NCBI GenBank assembly: GCA_963771075.1
Contig: CAVYSE010000017.1
Coordinates: forward strand, 32,001-96,000
Direction of reading: 5' to 3'
DNA from: a candidate division FCPU426 bacterium
GTDB taxonomy: Bacteria; Oederibacteriota; Muellerivitia; Muellerivitales; Muellerivitaceae
DNA: 64,000 bases
The notes under the pieces were generated by a model. It had not been told where the DNA came from. It saw only the letters and a list, made by a program, of their open reading frames with translations, and did not search any database. Positions 22,110-31,979 of this stretch are shown one piece after another; the stretch's first letter is position 1, and each line of letters opens with the position of its first letter. Position numbers and translations under genes: made by a program.

Positions 22110-22337
22110 CTAAGACCTTTTCTGGCGTCCCTGAAATACCTTGTGCCTCACCAGGTCCTTCCATACGTTCGCCAGGTAAAGCACCAGCCCGAGCAGCAAC
22201 AGGGGCTGGCCGATGAAAAGATAAATCAAAAGCGTGACGGGTGAATTATACAGCAGCACCGTCAAGGCCGCCGCGGACCCCAAAAAACAGAGGACGAGGG
22301 CGACTTTCAGCCAGGGACCCAGGTCGAAAAAGATCAT
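22110..22337 (-). CDS. Small two-TM membrane protein coupled to the NapC/NirT gene
   Basis: MIFFDLGPWLKVALVLC...; ATGA overlap with the upstream stop. Confidence 0.7.
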   Translation of the reverse strand: MIFFDLGPWLKVALVLCFLGSAAALTVLLYNSPVTLLIYLFIGQPLLLLGLVLYLANVWKDLVRHKVFQGRQKRS

Positions 22338-22936
22338 GGGGCCGCCTCCGTGTTCCCCGGCGTATGGGCCGGCCCGTGACAGTCCAAGCAGGAAGTCCCG
22401 CCGGTCCTCAGGTCTTCCATGATGGCCAGGTGGGTGGGGGCCTCCAGGAACTTCTTGGACTCCCCGTGGCAATGCAGGCAGTTGGAGGTGTTGTAGGGCT
22501 TGTAAAGCTGGATGGGTTCCTTGACTTCCTTGAAGATATTCGCGTAAACGTGCCGGAGCCCATTCATCTTGGCCTTCTCGTCCCCGAAGAGGGAGTAGTC
22601 CGTATGGCAGGTGAAACACTGGTCTTCCCGGATGTAGCGGTTCTTGTAATGCAGGGACGCCAGGCTTTCGCTTTGCGGGTCCTTCATGTCGCGCACCCGG
22701 CTTTCCATGACGTGGCAGGAGGTGCAAAATGCGACGGTTTTGGAGGTTTCAAAGCTGACCCCCGTTCCAAACAGCAGCACGACCAGGGGCGAAATACCCA
22801 AGACCGCCAAAAGAAACCCCTTCAGCCAGTCCAAATTGGGTAGCGGCAAGGGGAACAGTAATACGATGAAACAGAAAAGCATCATCAGGGCCGCCGCGCC
22901 CACGCCTACCCATGTGAAAAAAACGATTTCTGTCAT
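22334..22936 (-). CDS. NapC/NirT (CymA/NrfH-like) tetraheme quinol dehydrogenase
   Basis: N-terminal TM helices; FCTSCHVM, CFTCH, CLHCH, CLDCH; AKMNGLRHV. Confidence 0.88.
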   Translation of the reverse strand: MTEIVFFTWVGVGAAALMMLFCFIVLLFPLPLPNLDWLKGFLLAVLGISPLVVLLFGTGVSFETSKTVAFCTSCHVMESRVRDMKDPQSESLASLHYKNRYIREDQCFTCHTDYSLFGDEKAKMNGLRHVYANIFKEVKEPIQLYKPYNTSNCLHCHGESKKFLEAPTHLAIMEDLRTGGTSCLDCHGPAHTPGNTEAAP

Positions 22937-23052
22937 GTCGGAATCCTGGAACCTTTGGTGAATTTAAAATTTGTTCGAATTCCACCCCGCCCTCAAAAAG
23001 GATCCGAGGAGCGGAAAGGTCCTTTCCCTGATTTTCCCCTTGCCTCCCGCGC

Positions 23053-23331
23053 TTAAACGCGTGAACGGGTGGAACTGGCCCTTCGTTTGGGGGTTTTTTT
23101 TATCCCGGATAAATTGGGGGAAGTGGTGGCTTGGACATCCAGAAGCACCGGTATGACCCCCTGGGGTCCCTCCTGGGCCTGGACGGCGGGGGTTCCCTCC
23201 CCATTAGCGGCCTTCTTGAACTCGCGCATGGCCTCGCCCATGGCCTTTGCCAAATCAGGCAACTTCTGGGGGCCAAAAAGAAGCATGGCCACGATCACCA
23301 AAAGCAGTATTTCTCCGAAGCGTCCGCCCAT
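23053..23331 (-). CDS. tatA: Twin-arginine translocase TatA/E subunit
   Basis: EILLLVIVAMLLFGPQKLPDLAKAMGEAMREFKK. Confidence 0.9.
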   Translation of the reverse strand: MGGRFGEILLLVIVAMLLFGPQKLPDLAKAMGEAMREFKKAANGEGTPAVQAQEGPQGVIPVLLDVQATTSPNLSGIKKTPKRRASSTRSRV

Positions 23332-23430
23332 GTCACACTCCTTCGTTTAATCCACGAGGGGGAGGAGTCACCCAACCCCTTGATTCAGTTGAATTCCAGA
23401 TTGATGGCCGGGGAAACCCCTCCGTCCATG

Positions 23431-23465
23431 AAAAAAAGCGGTTCGCAATGTCGCGAACCGCTTTT
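23431..23465 (-). terminator. Rho-independent terminator after the lipoprotein gene
   Basis: AAAAGCGGTTCGC..GCGAACCGCTTTT; T7 tail on the minus strand. Confidence 0.75.
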
Positions 23466-23483
23466 GAGTTCCATTTTCCCGGC

Positions 23484-25070
23484 TTAATACATCGTCAGGT
23501 TGTCGATGATGAAGTCCGACGTAGGAGTCTGGCCCGACGCACTGGCCTTGATCTCAACACCGATCGCCGTCACATCCGTCGAGTCGGCCGCCCAACTGAC
23601 TGCATCAGGCGCGAGTTTGAGCGTAGTCCACCCAGCATCAATTCCGGTGGGAAGGCTGGTGAAATTGGGATTAATGGCGCCACTGATGGAACCACCGCCG
23701 TAGACATTCCCATTCGCGTTCATATAGATGGCGCCTCCGATCCAACCAGGCCCAGGAACCGCATCAGACATCACCCAAACCACCATGCTCACCCCTGACG
23801 CGTTATATTGCTGGAAATTGATTGGGAATGGGCTACTGCCGCTCGTTTGCGCTTGTATGTCGTTACCCGCCGACGAGTTCATGGTCAAATCCAAACCATA
23901 ATTGTTGGAAGCCGTTGGAGCAGAAATGCCGGCATCTGATCCCTGAAGTGCCGTGTAGAGCTGGACCGCGACGGAATCCCCCGTCGCGGGAGAAGCCACA
24001 CTGAATCCATCCACCGTATTATCCTCAAGGGTCCAGGAATACTTGGGGATATAGGTCGCCGTCACGGTGGGAGTGACGGTCGGTGTAATCGTCGCCGTGG
24101 AAGTCACGGTCGGCGTATTTGTTTTCGTCGGCGTTAGGGTTTTAGTAATGGTGATTGTGGGCGTACTGGTAACCGTCGAGGTGTAACCATCGAGATTCGT
24201 GTTCGTAGGCGTCGCCGTATTGGTGGCGGTATTGGTGCTTGTAGGCGTATTGGTGACCGTAGGCGTATTGGTAACCGTCGGAGTGTTGGTGATGGTCGAG
24301 GTGTATCCACTGAGATTCGTGTTTGTAGGCGTTGGTGAGTTCGTGACAGTCGGGGTCATCGTGATTGTTTTTGTTGAAGTAGCCGTAGCGGTCGGCCCCA
24401 ACTGTGTGATGGTCACGGCATCTATATAGACCAAGCTCGTGTTAAAACTGGTGCCCTCAGGGCCGGTTCCAAAATTAAGGCTGACCTGCTGGACATCCGC
24501 CAGGTTGTTCGGCGGATTATTGTTGAGTGTCAGGGTATAGAGGACCCACCCGCCTGTAGCTGTCGCCGGGAAAGATTGCGACTGAATGACATTATTGCTT
24601 CCGCTTAAAAGCGCGAGCTCAATATAGGGAGTGGCGCCTAGACCCGACGAGAATACCTTGGAAATGGATACGGCCATGCTGAGGGTTCCCGCGTTGATGA
24701 GATTGATGCCGCCGGGAAAAGTGAAGGAATAATTGCCGAACTGACCCGGTCCTTTGAAGGCCAGGGATGCGCCAAAACAGGACGCGCTAGCGCTGTATCC
24801 GCCCGCCACGCTTACCGGACTCACGCTTAACGCGGCGGTTGCACCGTTGGCTGTGGATCCTTTACCCATCCAGGTGATGGGAGCCCCAAAATCAGCCCCG
24901 GCAACGTCGAAATTCCAGGCGATCGGCAGGCTTTGGACCGCCAGCGAGGCCGGCAATTGGGCCTGGGTGGGGCTGGCGCTGGTGGGGCTGTTGTACATTT
25001 TGCAGGCGGGCAGTATCAGCAAGGTTCCGGCGAGAAAAGCGAGAACCAAAGTCGAATTTTTGAATTTCAT
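23484..25070 (-). CDS. Heme-less lipoprotein with two beta-rich domains joined by a Thr/Pro-rich repeat linker
   Basis: Lipobox-like LPAC; domains end VYIDAVTI and FIIDNLTMY (CBM/jelly-roll-like); no CxxCH. Confidence 0.8.
   Translation of the reverse strand: MKFKNSTLVLAFLAGTLLILPACKMYNSPTSASPTQAQLPASLAVQSLPIAWNFDVAGADFGAPITWMGKGSTANGATAALSVSPVSVAGGYSASASCFGASLAFKGPGQFGNYSFTFPGGINLINAGTLSMAVSISKVFSSGLGATPYIELALLSGSNNVIQSQSFPATATGGWVLYTLTLNNNPPNNLADVQQVSLNFGTGPEGTSFNTSLVYIDAVTITQLGPTATATSTKTITMTPTVTNSPTPTNTNLSGYTSTITNTPTVTNTPTVTNTPTSTNTATNTATPTNTNLDGYTSTVTSTPTITITKTLTPTKTNTPTVTSTATITPTVTPTVTATYIPKYSWTLEDNTVDGFSVASPATGDSVAVQLYTALQGSDAGISAPTASNNYGLDLTMNSSAGNDIQAQTSGSSPFPINFQQYNASGVSMVVWVMSDAVPGPGWIGGAIYMNANGNVYGGGSISGAINPNFTSLPTGIDAGWTTLKLAPDAVSWAADSTDVTAIGVEIKASASGQTPTSDFIIDNLTMY
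24055..24395 (-). repeat. Coding tandem repeats (TNTPTV-type; TNTNLxGYTST twice)
   Basis: Seen in translation and as 18-bp periodicity (GTAGGCGTATTGGT..). Confidence 0.85.
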
Positions 25071-25212
25071 GAAACCCTCCCCGAAACTTGATTTTTTAGT
25101 TTACTAGCCCGAGTAAATCCGACCGGCTATTCGGCGTTCTTTAAACCTCATCCTTACTGAAACAGAGTGAACCGGCCTTTTCCCTTTTCAACGGGAAACA
25201 GCCGAACCTTGA

Positions 25213-27573
25213 TTACAATTTTGCCGTTAACGTCAGGCTGGCCATTTGAGCGGTATAGGGCGCGTCCCATCCTCCCAGAAACATATAATTTAAGGCGCCG
25301 GTAGCGGGTACTGATGAAATACTGCCTACACCGTCGGTTTGCCAATCGTTGACGTTATAAACCTCCAGGAGATAGCTTCCCCGCAGGCTCCAGGTCTCGC
25401 TGATGTGGTACGTAACCCCGAAATTGAAATCTTCCTTCCAATACATGGTATTGGGAAGACTTTGGGTGGGTTGATACACGGCCACCGTGACCGGAGCCCC
25501 GCCCTGTTGAATCACTTGGGAGACCGGAACTCCCGCCGCGGTCAAAGGAAATTGGTTGTTATATCCGCTGAAGATATAGTCACCGGTGTTGTTGGTAAGC
25601 GTCCAACGGGCGTCCAAGTCCACCTTCGAGTTCATCTGATAATTGCCCGCAAAGGAAAGATAGGTAGTGTTTTCCTGCTCATTGAGATACCAGACTTCAC
25701 CCGGGTTAAGCGGGTTTGATGGACTTATATTGCTCGGCCCGTTCGCTTGGTTGTAATTGTAGTTTTCCCAATTAACAGTCCCCGACAGGTTCAAATTGTC
25801 CAGAGGCTGCCAGACAGCCGAAAAGGTCGTGATGTCATGGTAATCGCTCAACAAGCCCAATTGAGTGTTCGAGTTGAGGATGGTCGCCGGAGCTCCGAGC
25901 GAGGTAGTGTAAACATCTCCAGTCAAAGCTTCCGAGCCAGGTTGATAATTATCCCCGCCGGTCGTCCAAGCCGCTGACAACCAAAGGTTTTTCGTGACAT
26001 CGAGCTTCACCTTGGTGGTGAACTCATTGACAACACGATCTGCGATATCATAACGCCGGAATGTGCTTGACAAGGCATCCCCATAGTCGAAAGGCGCATT
26101 GACAGTGCCCGCATTCGGTTGAATTTCCAGATCATTCGTCCAGTTCGACTGACTCGCCACCCGGTCGGAATAAGTGTAATCCCCGCTCACATCCAACCCG
26201 TGAAGAGGCTTCAGATCCAAACCACCCTTGGCGGTTTGCTCCGTGGTCGCCGAAATTTCCCGATCCTGATAATTTTCCCAATTGCAATCATAACCGGCAT
26301 TTAACTGAAGACCCCTCATCAGGGTATAGGTCGCCTTACCGCCCAGATCCTGATTGACCCAACCGAAGTTGTTATTGACCACATTACCGGTATTGACAGC
26401 CCAACTCGCGTCTTTGTCCACATAACCGGGGAAATCAAGGAGAGCGGTCATATCCGCCTGCTCGTAATCTTTATACCGTAAACTGACCACCAGATCCTTT
26501 GTGGGCCGGGAGGTCAAGACGTAATTCTGCGTCAAGATTTGGATACAACCATTCAAGGATTGATAAGCCAAACTGTTCGTGTTGGCAAGCGAGGTCGCCC
26601 CCGGCGGCATACCGGCCGCCGGCAAAGGATCCGCCGTATTCGCGGTATAGGGTAAAAAGGGCTGGTCTTGAGTCTCATAGCCCAGTGAAAAATCAGCGTT
26701 CGCGCGGGTTTCATTATTGATATCCAACAATCCGGAGATCTTGAACGTGTTGGCAAGATTGCTCGGCGCCAAGGAGGCTTGTTCGATACTCGAGGTGCCG
26801 GGTATGCTGTTAGCTTGAGCGGGATTTGACCAGATGATACTGGGAAGACTGTTTTCGTAATCCGAAATCTCGTAACTCGCCCTGAGCGCAAATCCTTTTC
26901 CGTCGTACTCCGCTTTGACATCGCTTTGCGTCGTGGTTTCGTTTAATTCCTGAGGAAGCTCCACCGCTGAGTAGAAAGCGATCGGCCGGCTTCCCGTGCG
27001 CCATTTCTGGTTGCCCCCGACCTCAATATCAAATTCCGGGCTGACTTGGTACTTGGCGGTACCCCCCAACACCGTGTCATGGAGGCCCATCGAAACAGGC
27101 TGGCCATTGGTGTTTTGGTAATTAAGCAAATTTTGGTATTCCTGCTGGCTGGACTGTCCCTGGTTTTCCAAAAGGAGCGATTGGGGAAGCAGGTAAAGAT
27201 TGGGCGAGGGATTGGACCAGATCGTCTCGCCGGTATTCGTGTAAAGATGCTGGTACTGCTGGAAGTTCACATCGACCGTCAGGTCATTCTGGTATTGCAT
27301 GTCCAGGCTGGCTTTCCGGTTGAACCCCCCACCGTCGCTAAAATCCAGGCCGAGGATCCCGTCTTCCCCCTCATAATCCAGCCTGCCGTTCATGACGGCT
27401 CCATCCGGCGAGGCCAGGTATTCGTTGAATTTCGCCTGGTCGGTGGGCTGCAGGTTCGCCTGGAACCCGGAGGTCACATCGCCCGACCATTGGTTGTCGG
27501 CAAAAACCGCCGTGGCGCAGGCCGTGAAGACCAACCCCGCCAGACATTTCCAGACCCGAAATTGATTCCCCAT
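25213..27573 (-). CDS. MtrB/PioB-family outer-membrane beta-barrel
   Basis: 786 aa with signal peptide; AKFNEY, LAPSN, QDQPFLPYT, RRYDIADR; directly downstream of the decaheme gene. Confidence 0.88.
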   Translation of the reverse strand: MGNQFRVWKCLAGLVFTACATAVFADNQWSGDVTSGFQANLQPTDQAKFNEYLASPDGAVMNGRLDYEGEDGILGLDFSDGGGFNRKASLDMQYQNDLTVDVNFQQYQHLYTNTGETIWSNPSPNLYLLPQSLLLENQGQSSQQEYQNLLNYQNTNGQPVSMGLHDTVLGGTAKYQVSPEFDIEVGGNQKWRTGSRPIAFYSAVELPQELNETTTQSDVKAEYDGKGFALRASYEISDYENSLPSIIWSNPAQANSIPGTSSIEQASLAPSNLANTFKISGLLDINNETRANADFSLGYETQDQPFLPYTANTADPLPAAGMPPGATSLANTNSLAYQSLNGCIQILTQNYVLTSRPTKDLVVSLRYKDYEQADMTALLDFPGYVDKDASWAVNTGNVVNNNFGWVNQDLGGKATYTLMRGLQLNAGYDCNWENYQDREISATTEQTAKGGLDLKPLHGLDVSGDYTYSDRVASQSNWTNDLEIQPNAGTVNAPFDYGDALSSTFRRYDIADRVVNEFTTKVKLDVTKNLWLSAAWTTGGDNYQPGSEALTGDVYTTSLGAPATILNSNTQLGLLSDYHDITTFSAVWQPLDNLNLSGTVNWENYNYNQANGPSNISPSNPLNPGEVWYLNEQENTTYLSFAGNYQMNSKVDLDARWTLTNNTGDYIFSGYNNQFPLTAAGVPVSQVIQQGGAPVTVAVYQPTQSLPNTMYWKEDFNFGVTYHISETWSLRGSYLLEVYNVNDWQTDGVGSISSVPATGALNYMFLGGWDAPYTAQMASLTLTAKL

Positions 27574-27599
27574 GTCGCTTCCTCCTTAAGTGATTACCG

Positions 27600-28673
27600 T
27601 TACCTCTGGAATACTTGACCGGCTTTTCCCGGGAAATTACTGCCGTGGATGTTGTAGTGACAGTTCACGCAGCTACCGCCAAGCATTTCTTTTTGGCCAG
27701 CGTTCAATTGTTGACAATCCATGGCCGGTTTGTCGCTATGGCAGCGCTGGCAGAGGAAAGGCGCTCTTTGCGACAGCATGTGGTCGTTGTTGGAACCGTG
27801 CGGGTTATGGCAGTTCAGGCAGCTTTCCTGGACCGGCGGATGCTCGAAGAGGAAGGGGCCCCTCTTATCCGCGTGGCACTTCAAGCAGGTTTCCCGGACG
27901 GAGTCCTCGTTCAGGTTCGTGTTGCCGGAGGTTCCATGCATGTCATGGCAGGAGACGCAGGACATCTCGTCCTCATTGAGGGGCATGTGGCCGTTCTGCG
28001 AGATCTGGGCTTTCTTCTCGATATGGCAGGTAAAGCACACGTCCATGATCTTGGCGGCCTTCAGGATGTGCTTGTTGGGGTTCTTGGGGTCCTTCTGGTG
28101 GACCATATGGCAGGAAACGCAGGTGACATTCTTCATGTCATGCGGGCTTCCCTCCCAATGGAATTGCGCCTGGGCCTTGTGGCAGGAAAGACAGATGGCG
28201 TTCGCATCGGGCGCGGGCATATCGGGGGGGAACTTGATCGTTTTGAACCTGGCATCGGCGGTGTTGTCGGCGAATTCCACGTGCAGGCTTCCGGGCCCGT
28301 GGCAGGTTTCGCAAGTCTTATCGGCGGGAACGTGGCTTTTGCTCGTGAAAAGCCTTCCCATCGCGGAATGCTGGAAGCTGTCCCCGTTATCCTGGTGGCA
28401 GGTGATGCAGGTATCGGTTCCCACGAACTTGGGGATGTTCTCCGTATCCTCCTGGGCCGCCACGGTTTGCCCTGCGGCGCTCGCCGGTTCGGAAACCTTG
28501 TCGGCGGCTCCCTCGGCATCCGGCGCGGAGGGGGTGGCCGCGGAAACGGCGCTGGGCGTCGGGGAAGAATCGGCCTTATCGGCCCATACTCCTTGAAGTG
28601 AGCAAAAGGCTAGGATCATTAAACTTCCGGCGAGTGCTTTCGCGATCCCCCGGTTGACCGTTGGCTTTTTCAT
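27600..28673 (-). CDS. MtrA/DmsE/MtoA/PioA-family decaheme cytochrome c
   Basis: 10 CxxCH; KRGPFLFEHPPV, CHNPHGS, IHGSN, C-terminal FQR. Confidence 0.93.
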   Translation of the reverse strand: MKKPTVNRGIAKALAGSLMILAFCSLQGVWADKADSSPTPSAVSAATPSAPDAEGAADKVSEPASAAGQTVAAQEDTENIPKFVGTDTCITCHQDNGDSFQHSAMGRLFTSKSHVPADKTCETCHGPGSLHVEFADNTADARFKTIKFPPDMPAPDANAICLSCHKAQAQFHWEGSPHDMKNVTCVSCHMVHQKDPKNPNKHILKAAKIMDVCFTCHIEKKAQISQNGHMPLNEDEMSCVSCHDMHGTSGNTNLNEDSVRETCLKCHADKRGPFLFEHPPVQESCLNCHNPHGSNNDHMLSQRAPFLCQRCHSDKPAMDCQQLNAGQKEMLGGSCVNCHYNIHGSNFPGKAGQVFQR

Positions 28674-28848
28674 CTGTCTTCCCCCCTTATTGGTTTAAAA
28701 CCCATTTCCCGCTTCAAGTACGCCTTTGCGTTGTACCGGCCGGGAAAAGTATTTGAAGGTTCTCCGGCTCTTTTTCGTTTGCTCTCTCGTCTGAAACCCG
28801 GCAGGTCTGGCCCGGAAGTTTTTTTGGTTTACCCCTTTGTTACGGCTT

Positions 28849-28926
28849 ATCTTGTCCTATCCTGACAAATGGTTCATCCGCAGAAAAAACGGGTTCTTTC
28901 CCCGGCGCCTACGTAAAAAATACTGA
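28849..28926 (-). promoter_or_regulatory. Conserved tandem operator plus -10 element (site 2)
   Basis: TCCGCAGAAAAAACGGG at 28877, TACGTAAAAAATACTGA at 28910; CAAGAT (minus) at 28849-28854. Confidence 0.7.
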
Positions 28927-28981
28927 AAGGCTCTCCTTCCCGCCGCGGTTCACCAGCCCCGTTACTTTTCAACCTTCCCGA

Positions 28982-30184
28982 TTAGGAATGTTTCTTGGCC
29001 GCCGAAAGCCAGGGCGGCAGGAGACGGACCAAGGCCCAAAGGATGAAAATTGGCAAGACCATCAAAACCGCGCTCAAGAGCAGACCCTCACGGCCGATGA
29101 AATCGGGTTTATAGGTGGTAAACCCGGCCAGGCTCTTGGAAAAAAGCTGGCCCCCGATGACCACGTTCCAGCGGACCGCGAAGACACCGATGAGCACCAG
29201 GCAGGCGGAACCTACGTGGAATATCTTCCTGACGTTTTCGGGAAGCTTGAACAACTGGGTGCTGCCCAGGGCGGCGAGGGGCAAGAGCGTACCCAGGCAC
29301 AATTGGATGACGACCAGGGACAGGAAAAGCTTTCCGGCCACCAGCAAGACCAGGATGTCGATGGATTCCTCCGCCTCGTAAAGCCGGTGGAACCAATCCA
29401 GCGATTCCATCGCGAAGTCAAGGATCAGGGCGTAAAAGAGGAATTTCCCCATGGCGTCCAGGCAGGACATCTGGATCTGCACCTTCCGAATCAGGCAGGT
29501 CACGAAGTAAACCACCAGCATCAGGGCGATGCCGGAAACGACGGCGGAAAAGATGAAGATGACCGGCATCAGCACGGTTCCCCACCAGGGGTTGGCCTTG
29601 ATAGAGCCGAAAATGAAGCCCACATAGCCGTGCAGGAAAAAGGCCGAGGGAATGCCGATGACGGTGATGATCTTCCCCGCCTTGTCGTCCACCGCCAGGG
29701 CTTTTTCCGACGTGTCCTTCACGCCCAGGGTGAGAAGCCCGTAAAATTTCCCGACCCAGCCGGGTTTGGTTTGGGAAAACCTCACGATATCCGCCCGGTA
29801 GTCGTACCAAATCTCCAGGAGGAGCACCGCCATCAGGTACCAGGCATAAACGAACCCGAACATGGCCATGGGCGACGACCAGTGGGGGGTAATCAGGACT
29901 TCCAGGCACCGTTCCGGGTGACCCAGGTGAAACAAAAGAGGCAGCGGGGCGACGATCAGGAAGGAAAGGGCGGTCAACAGGGCTAGCCGGTAGATGGGCT
30001 TGATCTCGTGGACCTTAAACACGCGCTCCAGGGAAGCCAGGATGAAGGCGCCCGCCACCAGGCCCGTCAGGTAGGGGTAAATGACGATCAGGATGCTCCA
30101 CTGCAATTCCAATTCGTTGGGGTAAATATAGCCCTTCACCTGCTGGAGGGCCTCCACAATGGTGCGGATGAAATTGGGATCCAT
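28982..30184 (-). CDS. NrfD/PsrC-family membrane subunit (copy 1)
   Basis: Polytopic; YPYLTGLVAGAF, HLGHPER, SPMAMFG, HGYVGFIF, RWNVVIGGQ. Confidence 0.88.
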   Translation of the reverse strand: MDPNFIRTIVEALQQVKGYIYPNELELQWSILIVIYPYLTGLVAGAFILASLERVFKVHEIKPIYRLALLTALSFLIVAPLPLLFHLGHPERCLEVLITPHWSSPMAMFGFVYAWYLMAVLLLEIWYDYRADIVRFSQTKPGWVGKFYGLLTLGVKDTSEKALAVDDKAGKIITVIGIPSAFFLHGYVGFIFGSIKANPWWGTVLMPVIFIFSAVVSGIALMLVVYFVTCLIRKVQIQMSCLDAMGKFLFYALILDFAMESLDWFHRLYEAEESIDILVLLVAGKLFLSLVVIQLCLGTLLPLAALGSTQLFKLPENVRKIFHVGSACLVLIGVFAVRWNVVIGGQLFSKSLAGFTTYKPDFIGREGLLLSAVLMVLPIFILWALVRLLPPWLSAAKKHS

Positions 30185-30969
30185 TATTTCACCGCCATGT
30201 CGAGGCCCACGTAGTAAACCTTCGGATGGGTGTTCAACTGGGGCTTCAAAACCTGGACCTTGTTATCCGTCAGGAAGGCGTGGATCGGGCTTTCCGGGTC
30301 CTTCAGGTCGCCGAATTTCCGCGCGCCCGTGGGGCAGACTTCCACGCAGGCCGGCTGCAGTCCGCGGGTGATGCGATGGTAACAGAGGGTGCATTTTTCG
30401 GCGGTCTGGGTCACCGGGCTGAAGAAACGACAGCCGTAGGGGCAGGCCTGGACGCAAAACCGGCAGCCGATGCAGTAGTTCGGGTCGACCAGGACGACGC
30501 CATCCGGGGAACGGAAGGTGGCGCCCGTCGGGCAAACCTGGGAGCAGGGCGAGTCCTCGCAGTGGTTGCACAATTTCGGGACGAAAAAGGATTTGTCGAC
30601 CCCTTGGATCTCGTCGGTCGGGGGAAACCCGTCGCTCCCCCCGTTGGGCGAGTCGATATAGACCGCCTGGCCGTTCCTCACCCCGTATCTTTCCACCCAT
30701 GTCCGGAAATAACAGGGCTCTTCGGGAACATTGTTTTCGGCCTTGCAGGAGGCCACGCAACGTCCGCATCCAATGCACTTTTCCACGTCGATGGAGATGC
30801 ACCATTTGTGGTCGGTGGGTTTATAGCCTTCCGGAAGCGCGGTGGCGCCCCGGGCCTTGCGCGGGGCCCAAAAGAACAGGCCCGATTGGATGGAGGCCAT
30901 GATCATCATGAACTTCACGGCGACCTTCATGAACTGCCTGCGCGAGAGGGTTTCGAGTGTGGGTTTCAT
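30184..30969 (-). CDS. NrfC/PsrB-type 4x[4Fe-4S] protein, Tat-exported (copy 1)
   Basis: SRRQFMK; CIGCGRCVASC, CNHCEDSPCSQVCP, CIGCRFCVQACP, KCTLC..PACVEVCP. Confidence 0.92.
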   Translation of the reverse strand: MKPTLETLSRRQFMKVAVKFMMIMASIQSGLFFWAPRKARGATALPEGYKPTDHKWCISIDVEKCIGCGRCVASCKAENNVPEEPCYFRTWVERYGVRNGQAVYIDSPNGGSDGFPPTDEIQGVDKSFFVPKLCNHCEDSPCSQVCPTGATFRSPDGVVLVDPNYCIGCRFCVQACPYGCRFFSPVTQTAEKCTLCYHRITRGLQPACVEVCPTGARKFGDLKDPESPIHAFLTDNKVQVLKPQLNTHPKVYYVGLDMAVK

Positions 30970-31412
30970 CGTTTCTCCGGATGGTGGGGATCATGGCACT
31001 TGATGCAATCCTGCCCGGGATAATGGCTCGATAAAGCGACCTGGGGAAACAGCTTGGGCCGGGTCACGTTTTGGCCGTGGCACTTGAGGCACCATTCGTT
31101 CGTTCCGCTTTTGATGGGGGGGGAAATGGAGGGGTCTTCCACATGGGCTTCGGCGGGTCCATGGCAGGTCTCGCAGCTTTGGCTTCCGTGCTTGGAGGCG
31201 TTGAACTCCGCCACCCTTTGGTCATGGCAATCTATGCATACCTTCTTGCCCGCGAAGTGAATGGGCTTGGACGCCAATTCGCCCAGCGCGTCCCCCCGGT
31301 AATGGCCGTACTCATAAAAGGAAGCCGGCCTCACGTAGTTGCGGACCACCAGGAAAACGCCGATAAGCACCAGGAAAATCACGATGGGTTTCCAGACTTG
31401 CTGGGGAATCAT
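30966..31412 (-). CDS. Membrane-anchored tetraheme cytochrome c (copy 1)
   Basis: N-terminal TM helix; CIDCH, CETCH, CLKCH, CIKCH. Confidence 0.88.
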   Translation of the reverse strand: MIPQQVWKPIVIFLVLIGVFLVVRNYVRPASFYEYGHYRGDALGELASKPIHFAGKKVCIDCHDQRVAEFNASKHGSQSCETCHGPAEAHVEDPSISPPIKSGTNEWCLKCHGQNVTRPKLFPQVALSSHYPGQDCIKCHDPHHPEKR

Positions 31413-31517
31413 GTTTTTTCTCCGCCAAGGAAGATGGGTGGTGCCGACGCGGGGGACGGACGTCCCCTTCCCCCGCGCGCGGCGGTCGATCTCCCCATGG
31501 GTGTTTTGAGCTTCTCT

Positions 31518-31886
31518 TTACTTCGCTGCCGGCGGCGCCTGCAGGGTGCGGAGGTATTGGACCACGTCGGCGATTTCCTGCGCCGTCAGCTTGCCGGTGT
31601 ACTTCGGCATTTTCTTCTTGCCGGCTGTGACGATCTTGATGGTGGCGTCATCGGTCAATTTAGCCGCCGTGGAGCTGGTCAGATCCAAGGCCGAGGCGTC
31701 CACTTTTAGCATCTTGGACATTTTGGCCACGCCCTTGCCGTCCTTGCCGTGGCACGAAGTGCACTTGGCGCCGTAATCTTTTTGTGCGGCCGTCATGTCC
31801 GCCCCTTGGGCGTAAGTGGAGGTGAAAAGCAGTACTGAAAAAAGAATGCTTAAGAAAGCCACGATTTCCCTGATATGCTGTTTCAT
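31518..31886 (-). CDS. Periplasmic monoheme cytochrome c (paralog 2)
   Basis: Signal peptide; CTSCH; KMPKYTGKLT. Confidence 0.9.
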   Translation of the reverse strand: MKQHIREIVAFLSILFSVLLFTSTYAQGADMTAAQKDYGAKCTSCHGKDGKGVAKMSKMLKVDASALDLTSSTAAKLTDDATIKIVTAGKKKMPKYTGKLTAQEIADVVQYLRTLQAPPAAK

Positions 31887-31979
31887 GTTTTTCTCCTGTT
31901 AAAAATGATGAATAAACGCGGCCTAAAAGCGCTTGACTTGGGAACGTTCAAAGGCGTTTCGCGCTCTTTAGTTGAACGA

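Noticed and set aside
24055..24395. CRISPR-like periodic DNA
   Set aside because: In-frame coding Thr/Pro repeats without unique spacers; no cas genes in the window
28982..30969. Calling nitrite, polysulfide or DMSO reductase from NrfCD/DmsE homology
   Set aside because: No NrfA, PsrA or DmsA catalytic subunit in the window
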